From Desulfotalea psychrophila LSv54 (lineage in GTDB: Bacteria > Desulfobacterota > Desulfobulbia > Desulfobulbales > Desulfocapsaceae), in contig NC_006138.1 of assembly GCF_000025945.1 (NCBI RefSeq), positions 1,980,001-2,012,000 of the forward strand: a stretch of DNA of 32,000 nt, given 5' to 3'. The notes below the pieces were generated by a model, which had not been told where the DNA came from, searched no databases, and saw only the letters and a list, made by a program, of their open reading frames with translations. Within the stretch, counting starts at the first letter, position 1; every line of letters starts with the position of its first letter. The position numbers and the translations under genes were made by a program. This document shows positions 18,021 through 27,682 of this stretch, in pieces.

Positions 18021-19870
18021 TAGTTTTGCTCCTCAAAAATCCGTCTTACTCGACAGTCTTCACAGTATTCAAAATGGCTTGTATCAACACTTTCTTTGCT
18101 GGCGAGTATACTCATCACTCGTTCATAACTCTTCCTGGTACCAAAGACCTTACCGCATCGAAGGCAGGTCATGGGTTCACCTGCGGCTAGTAGCCTGTCA
18201 CTGAAAAACGCCTCTGAAAATTGCCAGGCGCGGCTCATCTGTAGGGCGTTTTCCGGGCATATTGAAACGCAGAGGCCACAGCCAACACAGATGCTGCCAT
18301 TATGGGAGAGGATCATTTCGGTTGCCTCCGTCTTCATCGCCCCTATTTGACAGACATTGATACAGGACATGCACTGGGTGCAGCTCTCATTATCACAGGA
18401 TAAGGTTGCAAATGGGGTTTGCTGATTGCCCTTAAAACCCGGTGTTTCTCCTGTCTCTTGGACAAAGGATTGTATTATCTGGGCCAGGGCTTCTCGTCTG
18501 TTTTTCCCGGGTGTCAGGCTCAGGACATTATCTCTACGGGGAGGAGTTGCTGCTAAAAGATCAGGTTCAAGCTCTTCGCTTATCAGCAGGGGCGTTTCGC
18601 AGGCAAAGAGGGCCGTTAGAATTGTATTGGCAAGCCTTGCCTCTCGTCTCATGCTCTGCCCGGATTCTTTGCTAGTTATGATGATTCTGCTAAAGCCCTG
18701 AGAGTAGAGGTAGAGGAAGTGAAAGAGAGAGAAAAATTCGACTCGGTCGCAGGCAAGAAAAAAGGTGTTATGGTAAACCCTGTCTCTATTCTGCCACCAG
18801 AAGGAGTGGAGGCTTTCGGCATCGGCAAGGACAATGGTAGAGCTCTCTTTGCTGTCGAGCGAGTCAATATATCGGACAAGACTTTGATCGGTCAGGCGCT
18901 CGTACTGCAGGGCCCCGGTGGGACAGGCGGCGACACAGTCACCACACTCCTCACAGCGAAGGGGATTAATGGAAACACCGCCCTTGAGATCAATTGCTTC
19001 ATATTGGCAGGCATCTGCGCAGAGGCGACATCCCCTGTCAAGATTGGCATTGTATTGGCAGAGAGAGCTGTTGATTGATACAATCTCATCTACTTGGAAG
19101 GAGTAGAGGTTTTTTAGGTAATCATCGAAATTTTCTTCTCGGTATACAGCCAGACATCCCTCTGCTCCCTCTATTTGACAATCGTCGAGGATTATGAGGG
19201 CGGGCATTTTAAGCTGACGATATTCCATCCCATAGATTTCAATTGCTCCCTGGGGGCAGATCTCTTCGCATTTCTTGCAAAAGGTGCAGGCGCTGAAATC
19301 AAACTGGAGGCTGTGGGAGATGCATTTTTCGGGACAGGTAATACCGCACTGGCCGCAATAGGTACAACGGGAACTGTCAAGGGGAGCTCGGAGGGCATAG
19401 TCAATGGCTACCCCGGAGTGAAGACCACTGCTAATACTTATATCTGTGACGGTTGGAATCTCTGGATGAAACCCCTTGATGAGGAGAGGTTCAATGGCAA
19501 GAAGGCCTCCATAGGTTTCGATGAATCTATCAAGGCTTGCAGTAGATGCTGCAACTACACAGAGACGCGCATCCGTATCAACGGTATAGCTACGATACTG
19601 TTTTGCCTGCTCGCGCTCTTTTTCTGCATATGCTATTTTTTCTAATTGAGAGGGAGTGGCGGAGGTGAGGTCTGCATTGAGTTGGAGTGTCGGCGAGAGG
19701 ATAAAGCTCGTGTCCGGGGAAATTGTTGGAAATCCTCCGGCAAGTAAAACAGTTTCTTCTTCTCTGGCAGAAAGAGCCTGCCCCGGATGAAGATCAAACT
19801 GGGCAGGGGTAAAGTGTGTCTGTCCCTCTGCATCCTGTATCAACAGGTGTGTTGTAAATGCCTTCTCCAT
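18020..19870 (-). CDS. Multi-[4Fe-4S] polyferredoxin-like protein with C-terminal CxxC..CxxC ribbon (FDH-associated)
   Basis: Six cluster motifs: CTYCGQCGITCP, CTFCKKCEEICP, CRLCADAC, CEECGDCVAACP, CTQCMSCINVC and CVGCGLCVSICP. The C-terminus reads CLRCGKVF...CEDC. Start set at ATG 19870 (AAGGGG 7 nt upstream); the track start at 19906 is TTG. Confidence 0.8.
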   Translation of the reverse strand: MEKAFTTHLLIQDAEGQTHFTPAQFDLHPGQALSAREEETVLLAGGFPTISPDTSFILSPTLQLNADLTSATPSQLEKIAYAEKEREQAKQYRSYTVDTDARLCVVAASTASLDRFIETYGGLLAIEPLLIKGFHPEIPTVTDISISSGLHSGVAIDYALRAPLDSSRCTYCGQCGITCPEKCISHSLQFDFSACTFCKKCEEICPQGAIEIYGMEYRQLKMPALIILDDCQIEGAEGCLAVYREENFDDYLKNLYSFQVDEIVSINSSLCQYNANLDRGCRLCADACQYEAIDLKGGVSINPLRCEECGDCVAACPTGALQYERLTDQSLVRYIDSLDSKESSTIVLADAESLHSFWWQNRDRVYHNTFFLACDRVEFFSLFHFLYLYSQGFSRIIITSKESGQSMRREARLANTILTALFACETPLLISEELEPDLLAATPPRRDNVLSLTPGKNRREALAQIIQSFVQETGETPGFKGNQQTPFATLSCDNESCTQCMSCINVCQIGAMKTEATEMILSHNGSICVGCGLCVSICPENALQMSRAWQFSEAFFSDRLLAAGEPMTCLRCGKVFGTRKSYERVMSILASKESVDTSHFEYCEDCRVRRIFEEQN

Positions 19871-20030
19871 AGCCTGACCCCTTGCCTTTAAACAGCTGCT
19901 CCTCAATTACCGAATCTGTACTTAAAAACAGCACAGAGCATACCCATATAATCAGCAAGAATAACGGAACAGTGATAAAAATGTAATCAGGTCAAGCCCT
20001 TTTGTCCTGTAGGCTTTTTCCCTACAGAAG

Positions 20031-20696
20031 TTAGTCCTCCCTTTCGAAATGCTCTTTTTCGGTCCAGAGGACGGCACGGCGGATAAGCTCAGCCCCTGTC
20101 TTTATGCAGAGTTTTTGTTTGATTCTGTCTCGGTAGGTGCCAATAGTTTTTACCCCTAAGCACATCTGTTCTGCAATCTCCCGGGTAGGTAGGCCCGAGC
20201 CAATCAGGCGAAAGACCTCAATTTCACGGTCTGTGAGCAGGTCAACGGTGGGGGCTCCCTGGTTATCTGCCTTATTGACATGGAACTTGTCCAGGAGCAG
20301 AGACATCATATTGGGGCTGACATGAAGGCGTCCCTCTCGTATATTGCGCAGGGCAGAAATTACAGATTCCGAGGCCTCTCTTTTCATAATATAGCCCTTA
20401 GCACCGGCTCGAATGGCTCGTTCCGCCCAAACTGCCTCGTCATGCATGGAGAGGACCAGCACAGCCGAGCAGAGTTTTTCTGCAGTTATCTCTTTGACCA
20501 GGTCAAGACCATTATCACCGGCCAGGGTAATATCAACAATGGCCATATCAGGTTTATGTTCGGCAATGGCCCTGCGAGCGCCGGCAATATTTTCGGCAAC
20601 AGCACATACGCAAAAATCATCCTCCTGGTTGAGGAGCTCTGCCATTCCCATCCTAAAAATAGGATGATCATCTACTATCATTATCTGTGTTGTCAT
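20031..20696 (-). CDS. NarL/LuxR-family response regulator (REC + HTH_LuxR)
   Basis: IMIVDDHPIFRMGMAELL...DMAIVDITLAGDNGLDL forms the receiver domain. LTDREIEVFRLIGSGLPTREIAEQMCLGVKTIGTYRDRI forms the LuxR HTH. There is a 1-nt overlap with the kinase gene. Confidence 0.92.
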   Translation of the reverse strand: MTTQIMIVDDHPIFRMGMAELLNQEDDFCVCAVAENIAGARRAIAEHKPDMAIVDITLAGDNGLDLVKEITAEKLCSAVLVLSMHDEAVWAERAIRAGAKGYIMKREASESVISALRNIREGRLHVSPNMMSLLLDKFHVNKADNQGAPTVDLLTDREIEVFRLIGSGLPTREIAEQMCLGVKTIGTYRDRIKQKLCIKTGAELIRRAVLWTEKEHFERED

Positions 20697-23113
20697 TAAT
20701 CCACCATTCCTGAAATGGTAACCGTAGTGCCATTATTGGGCTCTGAGTTAATATTAAGTTGTGCTCCCATCATCTTTGCTCGATACTCCATGGTGTAAAA
20801 CCCTAAGCCCTTGCGATAGTGTCCTTCCTGGAAGCCGCAACCGTCATCACGAACCTGGATAAAGAAATTTTCATCAAATCGTACATCAATATAGATATTT
20901 TGTGGATGTCCATGTCGGGCAGCGTTAAAAACAGCCTCGCGGATAGCATAGTGGAGGTGTATCACCGTTTCGCTGTTCACCTCCTCTGTGTTGCCCTGAA
21001 ACTCAAGGAGACAGTTCACTCTAAACATGTTTTTGACTTCCACCACAAGTTCTTCAATAGCCGATTTAAGACCGTATTCGACAATGTGAACGGGATAAAG
21101 ACCGTGAGAGAGTCTGCGGGTTTTGTCTATGGCATCACGAATGAGATCTCGAATAGTGCCGATCTGTTTTATTTGAGACGAGTCTTCCTTTTCCAGTTTT
21201 TGGTGGAGTACCTTGCTGAGGAGCTCGACACCTGTGAGGTGAGAGCAGAGGTCGTCATGCAGGTCACGGCCAATGGCGCTTCGTTCCTCCTCGCTTACCG
21301 ATATAATTTGTTTTTCCAGGCGGGAATTTTCTTCTTCAGCACATTTTTTCAGGACATGCATCCACATACCCTCAAGCAGCATCTTTATCTGGCGAATATC
21401 GGACTGATTATATTTGCTTGAGCTATTGCATACCCCGGCAACCATTACAATCTTGCCATTATTATAGACAGGTACATCCAGATGGCGGTGAGGAATGGCA
21501 TGATAGGGATAAACATCTCTTGCCCCGATAAGACGACAGTTGTTGTCAAGAATAGCGTCTCTTTTGAGCACTGCCCGAGCCATAAGCCCGCCCTCGGCAA
21601 TGGGGGCAGACAGGTGGATCTCATTGTTGAGCTGAGGCCTTTGTCTCTTTGCCGCGACATAGGCGCAGAGGGTGGTATAGCTTTGGTTTTCGTTGACCAG
21701 AGCAATATATCCCTGGTCGCTGTCTGTTATTTGCACGATCCGCTCCAGAATAAAATCATACTTATCCTGGATGGAGGTGTCCATCATGCTTAGGCCGAGC
21801 AGGGTGTCGAGGCGCAACTCATCCTTATGCAGGAGTTTTTCATTTTGTATTCGTTCGTCAACCATTTGATTGGCCAGTTTTGCCAGATCTTCAAATTCAA
21901 TAAACTCTAATTCATTTTGTTCTACCTTCTCGTTGGAATCTGCAGCGCCACGGAAAAAATTGGTAAAAGATTGTACGCCCCTCTGGATCTTCAGGGAGTA
22001 GAAATAGGTGGAAAAAAGGAGGAGGATAACAGCCACAACAAAGAGGACAATAAACATGAACACATTTCGAAAGCTTATGCGTTGGTAGGTCTCTGTTTCT
22101 GCGGCAATTGCCTGTTCCATCTCCTCCATATAACTCGATGCCCCAATTACCCACCCTAGCTCAGGGTAGGCCCGGACATAGCTGAGCTTTTGCCTTGGCA
22201 GATCACCACCTTTACGGTAGCCGGAATAGGTAACAAATCCCTCCTGAGCACCTTCAACGCCTGCCCGCCATAACTCTTCTCCATAGAGATGCTGTTTGCT
22301 GTCTTTTAAGGAGGTTATAGAGCGGCCGAGGAGTTTTTCGTCACGACTACAAATAATGGTGCCATTGAAACGGAAAATAAAAATTTCCCCGCCATCACCA
22401 AAGGTCATGTTCTGCAGCTGTTTGATGGCGTCGTCTTGTACCAGATAGCTTGAGTCATTGCGATAAACGCCGGCGCCAATAAACCAGTCAAAGGGGGGGA
22501 AGTATTTTACAAAGGCACGTTTAAAATAGATTCGTCCCGGGTAATTTGGTTTGAGGAGGTCATAGCTGAAGAGACCAGCACCCTTTTTTTGAATAATTTC
22601 CTGCGCCATTCCCATAATATCCACCCCTGTCAGGGAGATAATTTCCTTGCTGCCCTTACCCTCCAGGATTGGTTCATCGGCAAAGAGGTCCATGGTTCCT
22701 GTATCAATACGACCGGCGAAGTAATAACCCTGGCCATCATTCCAACGGATGGGGCGAAGGATTTCAGTTACCATTTTTCGCAGTTCAGCAATATCTTTTT
22801 CGTTTTTGTAGAGGCTATAAATATGGGAGGCTACCGTGTAGGCCACCTGCCCGCGCTTGCGAATATCCTCTTCTGCCTGAGCAAGCTCTTCTTGCAGACT
22901 GTAGTGAATATAATCCGTTGCTGAATTTACCTCTTCTCGCACTCGGCTTTGGTATTGATTGTTGTAGTTATTGATAATGTTATCAATGCTTTCCTTGTAT
23001 GCCTGGTATTCGTTTATCGTCCAAAAAATACCTATAAACAGGCCAAGCGCTGAAATAACTGCAAGTGATGCATAGAAGGGGGCCCAGGTGATTGATAACC
23101 GATTTTTTCGCAT
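20696..23113 (-). CDS. Sensor histidine kinase: TM - periplasmic Cache-like domain - TM - GAF - HisKA_3 - HATPase
   Basis: Two TM segments flank a ~300-aa extracytoplasmic domain. GAF-like region (ILERIVQITDSDQGYIALVN...VPVYNNGKIVMVAGV). H-box ERSAIGRDLHDDLCSHLTG (HisKA_3/NarX type). ATPase G-boxes VRDDGCGF and GLGFYTMEYRA. Confidence 0.9.
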   Translation of the reverse strand: MRKNRLSITWAPFYASLAVISALGLFIGIFWTINEYQAYKESIDNIINNYNNQYQSRVREEVNSATDYIHYSLQEELAQAEEDIRKRGQVAYTVASHIYSLYKNEKDIAELRKMVTEILRPIRWNDGQGYYFAGRIDTGTMDLFADEPILEGKGSKEIISLTGVDIMGMAQEIIQKKGAGLFSYDLLKPNYPGRIYFKRAFVKYFPPFDWFIGAGVYRNDSSYLVQDDAIKQLQNMTFGDGGEIFIFRFNGTIICSRDEKLLGRSITSLKDSKQHLYGEELWRAGVEGAQEGFVTYSGYRKGGDLPRQKLSYVRAYPELGWVIGASSYMEEMEQAIAAETETYQRISFRNVFMFIVLFVVAVILLLFSTYFYSLKIQRGVQSFTNFFRGAADSNEKVEQNELEFIEFEDLAKLANQMVDERIQNEKLLHKDELRLDTLLGLSMMDTSIQDKYDFILERIVQITDSDQGYIALVNENQSYTTLCAYVAAKRQRPQLNNEIHLSAPIAEGGLMARAVLKRDAILDNNCRLIGARDVYPYHAIPHRHLDVPVYNNGKIVMVAGVCNSSSKYNQSDIRQIKMLLEGMWMHVLKKCAEEENSRLEKQIISVSEEERSAIGRDLHDDLCSHLTGVELLSKVLHQKLEKEDSSQIKQIGTIRDLIRDAIDKTRRLSHGLYPVHIVEYGLKSAIEELVVEVKNMFRVNCLLEFQGNTEEVNSETVIHLHYAIREAVFNAARHGHPQNIYIDVRFDENFFIQVRDDGCGFQEGHYRKGLGFYTMEYRAKMMGAQLNINSEPNNGTTVTISGMVD

Positions 23114-23135
23114 AGCTCTGTCTTCAGGGAGGCTG

Positions 23136-24281
23136 TTACTGGCCGGCCATTTTGATTTCTCGTATTTTGGGATAGATTTCAGTCAGGAATACATCGTCGA
23201 GACCTTGGTGGTCAGTCTTGGCAAACCGTAGTATGAGTCCACCGAGGTCAAAGGAACCAACTCTCTCCATGGTCTCTATAAAAGATTTTTGATTGAATTC
23301 CCCGGAAATATTTTGGCAGATTGCAGCAAAGAGACGTCCGGCAATATAGCCCTCAAATGAATTGAAATTTGTCGAGGCTCCATGCTGGAAAAGAGACATT
23401 GATTCTTTATACTCCCCGACCAGGGGGAGGGTATTATCATAGGGGTTAGGCACAACCTGAGAGACAATAACTCCTTGTCCATATTCACCTAGGGAATCAC
23501 GTAAACTTTCCGTACCCACAAAGGATATACTGGCAAACAGGGCCTGAGAGTGCATCTTGGCCTTGCTTAACTTGATAAATTCAGCACAGGCGGTATAGGC
23601 GCCAACCATTACCACTGCCTCAGGTTGAACCTTTTCTATATCGAGAACAGCTCCCATAACAGCCACGGTATTACGCTCATAGCTTGCCTGGGCCACAAGT
23701 TTCATGCCATGATTTCCGAGAGCCTGTTCCAGCCCCTTCAGGCCATCAAAACCATAACTGTCGTTTTGGTAAAAACAGGCAATGCGGGACAGCTTTTTTT
23801 CATTTATCAGGTAGTTTACTATTTTTGCCATCTCTTGGGCGTAGCTGGCTCGAATTGTTATGACATAGGGGTTAAATGGGGTACGGAGAAATGCTGCTCC
23901 TGTCAGAGGGGCAAAAAAGGGTATGCCTAAACGGGAGGCGAGGGGGAGAACTGCCTGGGAGGTAGGGGTGCCCACCTGACCAATGAGAGCAAATACCCGA
24001 TCCTCTTCTATGAAAATCTCGCTATTACGTACTGCTCTGTCTGGCTCATAGCCGTCGTCCCTGCTTATCAGGCGGATGGGCCTTCCGGCGATGCCGCCAG
24101 CCTCATTGACTCTGGCGAATGCGGCCTGGAGTCCTACCCGCATTTCATTGCCTATATCCTGTGCTCCTCCGGAGAAGGCGCTGGATTGACCCAATAAAAT
24201 TTCCTGAGGCATTGCTGCCAAAGTTTCTATGGTCAAGCCCTGCCATAGCGAAAACAGGCAACATATTATGACTAACCTCAT
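23136..24281 (-). CDS. Periplasmic binding protein, LivK/Peripla_BP_6 type, with no cognate ABC permease or ATPase nearby
   Basis: Signal peptide MRLVIICCLFSLWQG. ILLGQSSAFSGGAQDIGNEMRVGLQAAFARVNEAGGIAGRPIRLISRDDGYEP is typical of branched-chain amino-acid-type SBPs. Start taken at ATG 24281 (GGAG 6 nt upstream); the alternatives are ATG 24293 and TTG 24299. Confidence 0.88.
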   Translation of the reverse strand: MRLVIICCLFSLWQGLTIETLAAMPQEILLGQSSAFSGGAQDIGNEMRVGLQAAFARVNEAGGIAGRPIRLISRDDGYEPDRAVRNSEIFIEEDRVFALIGQVGTPTSQAVLPLASRLGIPFFAPLTGAAFLRTPFNPYVITIRASYAQEMAKIVNYLINEKKLSRIACFYQNDSYGFDGLKGLEQALGNHGMKLVAQASYERNTVAVMGAVLDIEKVQPEAVVMVGAYTACAEFIKLSKAKMHSQALFASISFVGTESLRDSLGEYGQGVIVSQVVPNPYDNTLPLVGEYKESMSLFQHGASTNFNSFEGYIAGRLFAAICQNISGEFNQKSFIETMERVGSFDLGGLILRFAKTDHQGLDDVFLTEIYPKIREIKMAGQ

Positions 24282-24353
24282 ACCTCTCTCCATACTCAAG
24301 CTCTTTCAAGGAAGCTATCAATTCTCTCCTGGTAAAAAAGTTCATCTTATAGG

Positions 24354-26348
24354 CTATGAGTTATTTGTCAAAGGATTGTCTCTGCCTGTTTTAACATCAG
24401 TTGCTTGACCGTAGCTGTGGAAGGCAGTTCTGACCTCCTCTGTGCCAATGATAGCCACCATATCGCCGGCCTCAAAACAAAAATTGCTGTCTGGGTTGGA
24501 GTAGAGCTGGCGCTCACGTATTATACTTACCACCGTGGCCCCGGTTTTATTGCGGATTTCTGCCTCCCTGATGCTCTTGCCCGGAAGAGTATTGCCTGTC
24601 TCTAAAACGATCCACTCCAGATCAAATTGCAGTTCCGCTGCCCGCATATGGGCCAGGGTGATGTAGTTCTGGGTGTTCGGGGCGATAAAATCCTGGCGGA
24701 TAATGTTGGTGAGGTTGTGGATTTCAGTGGGCGATATTTGCCGATGGAGGAGGATCAGTCTGATCATCTCTAAACTGGTCTCCAACTTGGGTAAAACCAG
24801 ATCGTGGATATCGAGGTCTGTGAAAATATGAGAAGAGGCTGGGTCGGAAATGCGGGCCACAATTCGGATATTATTTTGGGATCTACGGATGCGTTTAATG
24901 ATCTCCTGCGCTGCTATAACGGATGGTATTGTTACCACAAGAAGGGAAGCTGTTTCAAGGCAGAGAGCTTCTTGAATGGTTTCGTGACAGGCATCTCCAA
25001 ATATAACGGGGAAATCTAATCTTTTTGCCTCTTCAACACGTTGCTGATCTAATTCGACCAAGATAAAGGGAATGGCAAGTTGTTTGAGTGCTGTAGCTAT
25101 TTTAAAACCTACATGTCCATGACCAATTATGACAACGTGCCCGCACAATTTTTCATCCGGCAGAGCGATATTTTTTAGGGATTCTTGGCTAAACCATTTC
25201 TTTTTTAAGGCATAGAATCGACCTGCTTGGGATGAGATCAGTGGGGTCAGGGCCATGCTCAAAATAGCCGTTGTCAGGATGGTGTTGTACAGGTCTGAGC
25301 TAATTGATTTTGTTTCAAGACCGACCTGGGCAAGGACAAAAGAAAATTCACCCACCTGAAAGAGACCAAGGCCCACTGCTATGGGCACGATATTTCCGTA
25401 GCCAAAGAACCATGATATTGCTGAAAAGATGATTCCCTTACCAAGGCCTACCAGTAGTACAAGGAGGGCTATGAGCTGCAGGTGGGCAAAGAGAAAGTGG
25501 GGGTCGAGAAGCATGCCCACCGAGACAAAGAAGAGGAGGCCAAAGAGGTCACGCAGGGGGATAATATCGCTTAAGGCCTGATGTCCGTGATCTGATTCAC
25601 TGAGAACCATTCCGGCCACAAAGGCACCAAAGGCAAAGCTTAGTCCCACCAGATGCGTAACCAGGCCAACTCCAAGGCCGATGGTGATGATGGCCAGAAG
25701 AAAAAGCTCCCGTGAGCCGGACCGGGCAATATGGCGTACCATGGTCGGCAGAAGCTTGGCGCCAAGTAAGAGCATTGTTCCCAGGAACAGGGTTGCCTTG
25801 ACGGCAGCGATGCCGAGGGAGCTGAGTCCCATTGCTGGGTCATTGAGCTCGGGCATGATGATCATCATAGGGACAATGGCCAGGTCCTGGACAATGAGCA
25901 TGCCGATCATCACCTTGCTTGAGAGGGTGCCCATCCAACCTTGGTTCATCAGGGTTTTTAAGATAACCATGGTTGAGGAGAGGCTGATCATGGTGCCGAA
26001 CCAGAGAGAGTCTTTCCAGCTCCAACCCAGTAGATAGCCAATGCCATAACCAAAGATCATGGTCAGGAGGATTTGGATTGGAGTACCGATAAGGGCGATG
26101 TTCTTTACCGGTTTAAGATCCTTGAGTGAAAATTCCAGGCCCAGGGCAAACATAAGCAGGGCTACCCCGATTTCGGCAAGAAGTTCTATCTCATGTACGC
26201 CTGCCACCGTGAATCCACCGGTATGTGGCCCTACGATAATCCCTGCAAGGATATAGCCAAGAATTAATGGTTGACGCAGCATTTGCATGAGCAGGCCGCA
26301 ACAAAAGGCTGCAAGGACAATGATGATAATGTCGGTAGCTATACCCAT
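24354..26348 (-). CDS. CPA2 monovalent cation:proton antiporter / Kef-type with TrkA-N and TrkA-C (RCK) domains
   Basis: The conserved core starts at [41 protein letters not shown] (ATG 26348). Rossmann motif [18 protein letters not shown] region [20 protein letters not shown]. The track ORF extends 98 codons further, to 26642 (see findings). Confidence 0.88.
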   Translation of the reverse strand: MGIATDIIIIVLAAFCCGLLMQMLRQPLILGYILAGIIVGPHTGGFTVAGVHEIELLAEIGVALLMFALGLEFSLKDLKPVKNIALIGTPIQILLTMIFGYGIGYLLGWSWKDSLWFGTMISLSSTMVILKTLMNQGWMGTLSSKVMIGMLIVQDLAIVPMMIIMPELNDPAMGLSSLGIAAVKATLFLGTMLLLGAKLLPTMVRHIARSGSRELFLLAIITIGLGVGLVTHLVGLSFAFGAFVAGMVLSESDHGHQALSDIIPLRDLFGLLFFVSVGMLLDPHFLFAHLQLIALLVLLVGLGKGIIFSAISWFFGYGNIVPIAVGLGLFQVGEFSFVLAQVGLETKSISSDLYNTILTTAILSMALTPLISSQAGRFYALKKKWFSQESLKNIALPDEKLCGHVVIIGHGHVGFKIATALKQLAIPFILVELDQQRVEEAKRLDFPVIFGDACHETIQEALCLETASLLVVTIPSVIAAQEIIKRIRRSQNNIRIVARISDPASSHIFTDLDIHDLVLPKLETSLEMIRLILLHRQISPTEIHNLTNIIRQDFIAPNTQNYITLAHMRAAELQFDLEWIVLETGNTLPGKSIREAEIRNKTGATVVSIIRERQLYSNPDSNFCFEAGDMVAIIGTEEVRTAFHSYGQATDVKTGRDNPLTNNS

Positions 26349-26677
26349 ATTCTGTCTTTTTATGTAAGATTTTGTTAGGTAAATTGTTGGGCAGAAAAGA
26401 AAATGTTGATGCTTAAGTATATGATGCTTGGTGCTGAAATTCAATGGTAGGGCGATTTTTTGGAAAGTAGGTGTGGAACTTTCATTGGTATATTGCTTGG
26501 GAGTCATTCTCCGAGTAGTATTTCTCTTGTCTAGATAGATATTAGTCATCCCTGGTGCTGTCACTGGGGTAGAGACCCTTTGTGGGCGATTCTTATTGGA
26601 TCCTTGTCTAAGAGATTCTATCTTAGGCAGAGCCCTTACCATACTGTTTCCCCCCTTTATTATGAGGAATATTCAAT

Positions 26678-27454
26678 ATGTCCAAGCTAGACATCCCTCT
26701 CAGCATCATGCAAAAATCTGTTGTCATCAGGCCTGGTGGCCGGCAGGAGATGGACGAGCATGTAGCCATCGAGACCCCCTATGCCATTGCCCTCAATGAT
26801 AGGGTAATTGGCTCTTCCATGGTGCTTCCTGTAGATTTGGAGGAGTTTGGCGCAGGCTTTCTCTTTGGTCAGGGATATATAAAAAAAGCAGAGGAGATTC
26901 GTGAAATACTGGTCTGTCCTCAGGGGAGAATATCGGTCTATGCCGATGTGGAAAATGAGGAGCCCCGGGAGGTGATAATCACCTCTGGCTGTGGTGGTAC
27001 GGGGAAAATTCCCAAAGAGATGCTGGAGGGAGAATTTGCCCCACTTGCTGACTATTGCCTGCCCTTTGCGGAGATAAAATCCTTTATTCGAGAGGCCCTG
27101 CACTCATCGCCTCTTGGCCCGCAGACTCACTGTGTCCATGGCTGCGGTCTCTGGAATAACGGCAGACTGCAGGTTTATCATGAAGATGTGGGGCGGCATA
27201 ATGCCGTGGATAAGGTCCTTGGCTCTATCCTTCTCGGGCGGGCGAGTAATAATTCTGCGGTCTATACCACTGGTCGCCTCACCTCGGATATGGTTCTTAA
27301 GTGCGCCCGTATCGGTATTCCTATTATTATGTCCCGTACCTCGCCTTCATCGCTGGGGCTTGCCCTGGCAAAACGGTCAGGGGCTACCTTGGTGGCCTAT
27401 TCCAGGCCGGAAAGAATTAATGTCTTCAATGCCCCCGAACGTATTTTGACCTAG
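26678..27454 (+). CDS. fdhD: Formate dehydrogenase accessory sulfurtransferase FdhD
   Basis: 258 aa. GAGGAA lies 9 nt upstream. Motifs ITSGCGGTGK and EDVGRHNAVDKVLGS are FdhD-typical. Confidence 0.9.
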   Translation: MSKLDIPLSIMQKSVVIRPGGRQEMDEHVAIETPYAIALNDRVIGSSMVLPVDLEEFGAGFLFGQGYIKKAEEIREILVCPQGRISVYADVENEEPREVIITSGCGGTGKIPKEMLEGEFAPLADYCLPFAEIKSFIREALHSSPLGPQTHCVHGCGLWNNGRLQVYHEDVGRHNAVDKVLGSILLGRASNNSAVYTTGRLTSDMVLKCARIGIPIIMSRTSPSSLGLALAKRSGATLVAYSRPERINVFNAPERILT

Positions 27455-27682
27455 GTGGGCCCTGAAAACTTTGTTACCCTTTTGCTCATGGGTGAATCCG
27501 TCCCGTTAAGCGGAGTTAGTCTCTCTTTCCGTATAGCTGTTGTAGTTGTGCTGGCCTTTCCTGCGCCTCGGCGTCTGGTGTTGTTTTTTCCCTCTGCTGT
27601 CATTCCCTGCCAGAGATGAGATACAATGTTATTGAAGAAGGGTAAGGTTCTAAGCAAAAACAGTTTACTGAGATGAGAGACT

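Noticed and set aside
20007-20027. A 7-bp hairpin (CTGTAGG-ctttttc-CCTACAG) lies 3 nt after the response-regulator stop and could be a terminator.
   Set aside because: The stem is short and there is no U-tract on the minus strand. It may still be a weak terminator or a protein-binding palindrome in the fdh promoter region. The evidence is not enough to annotate it.
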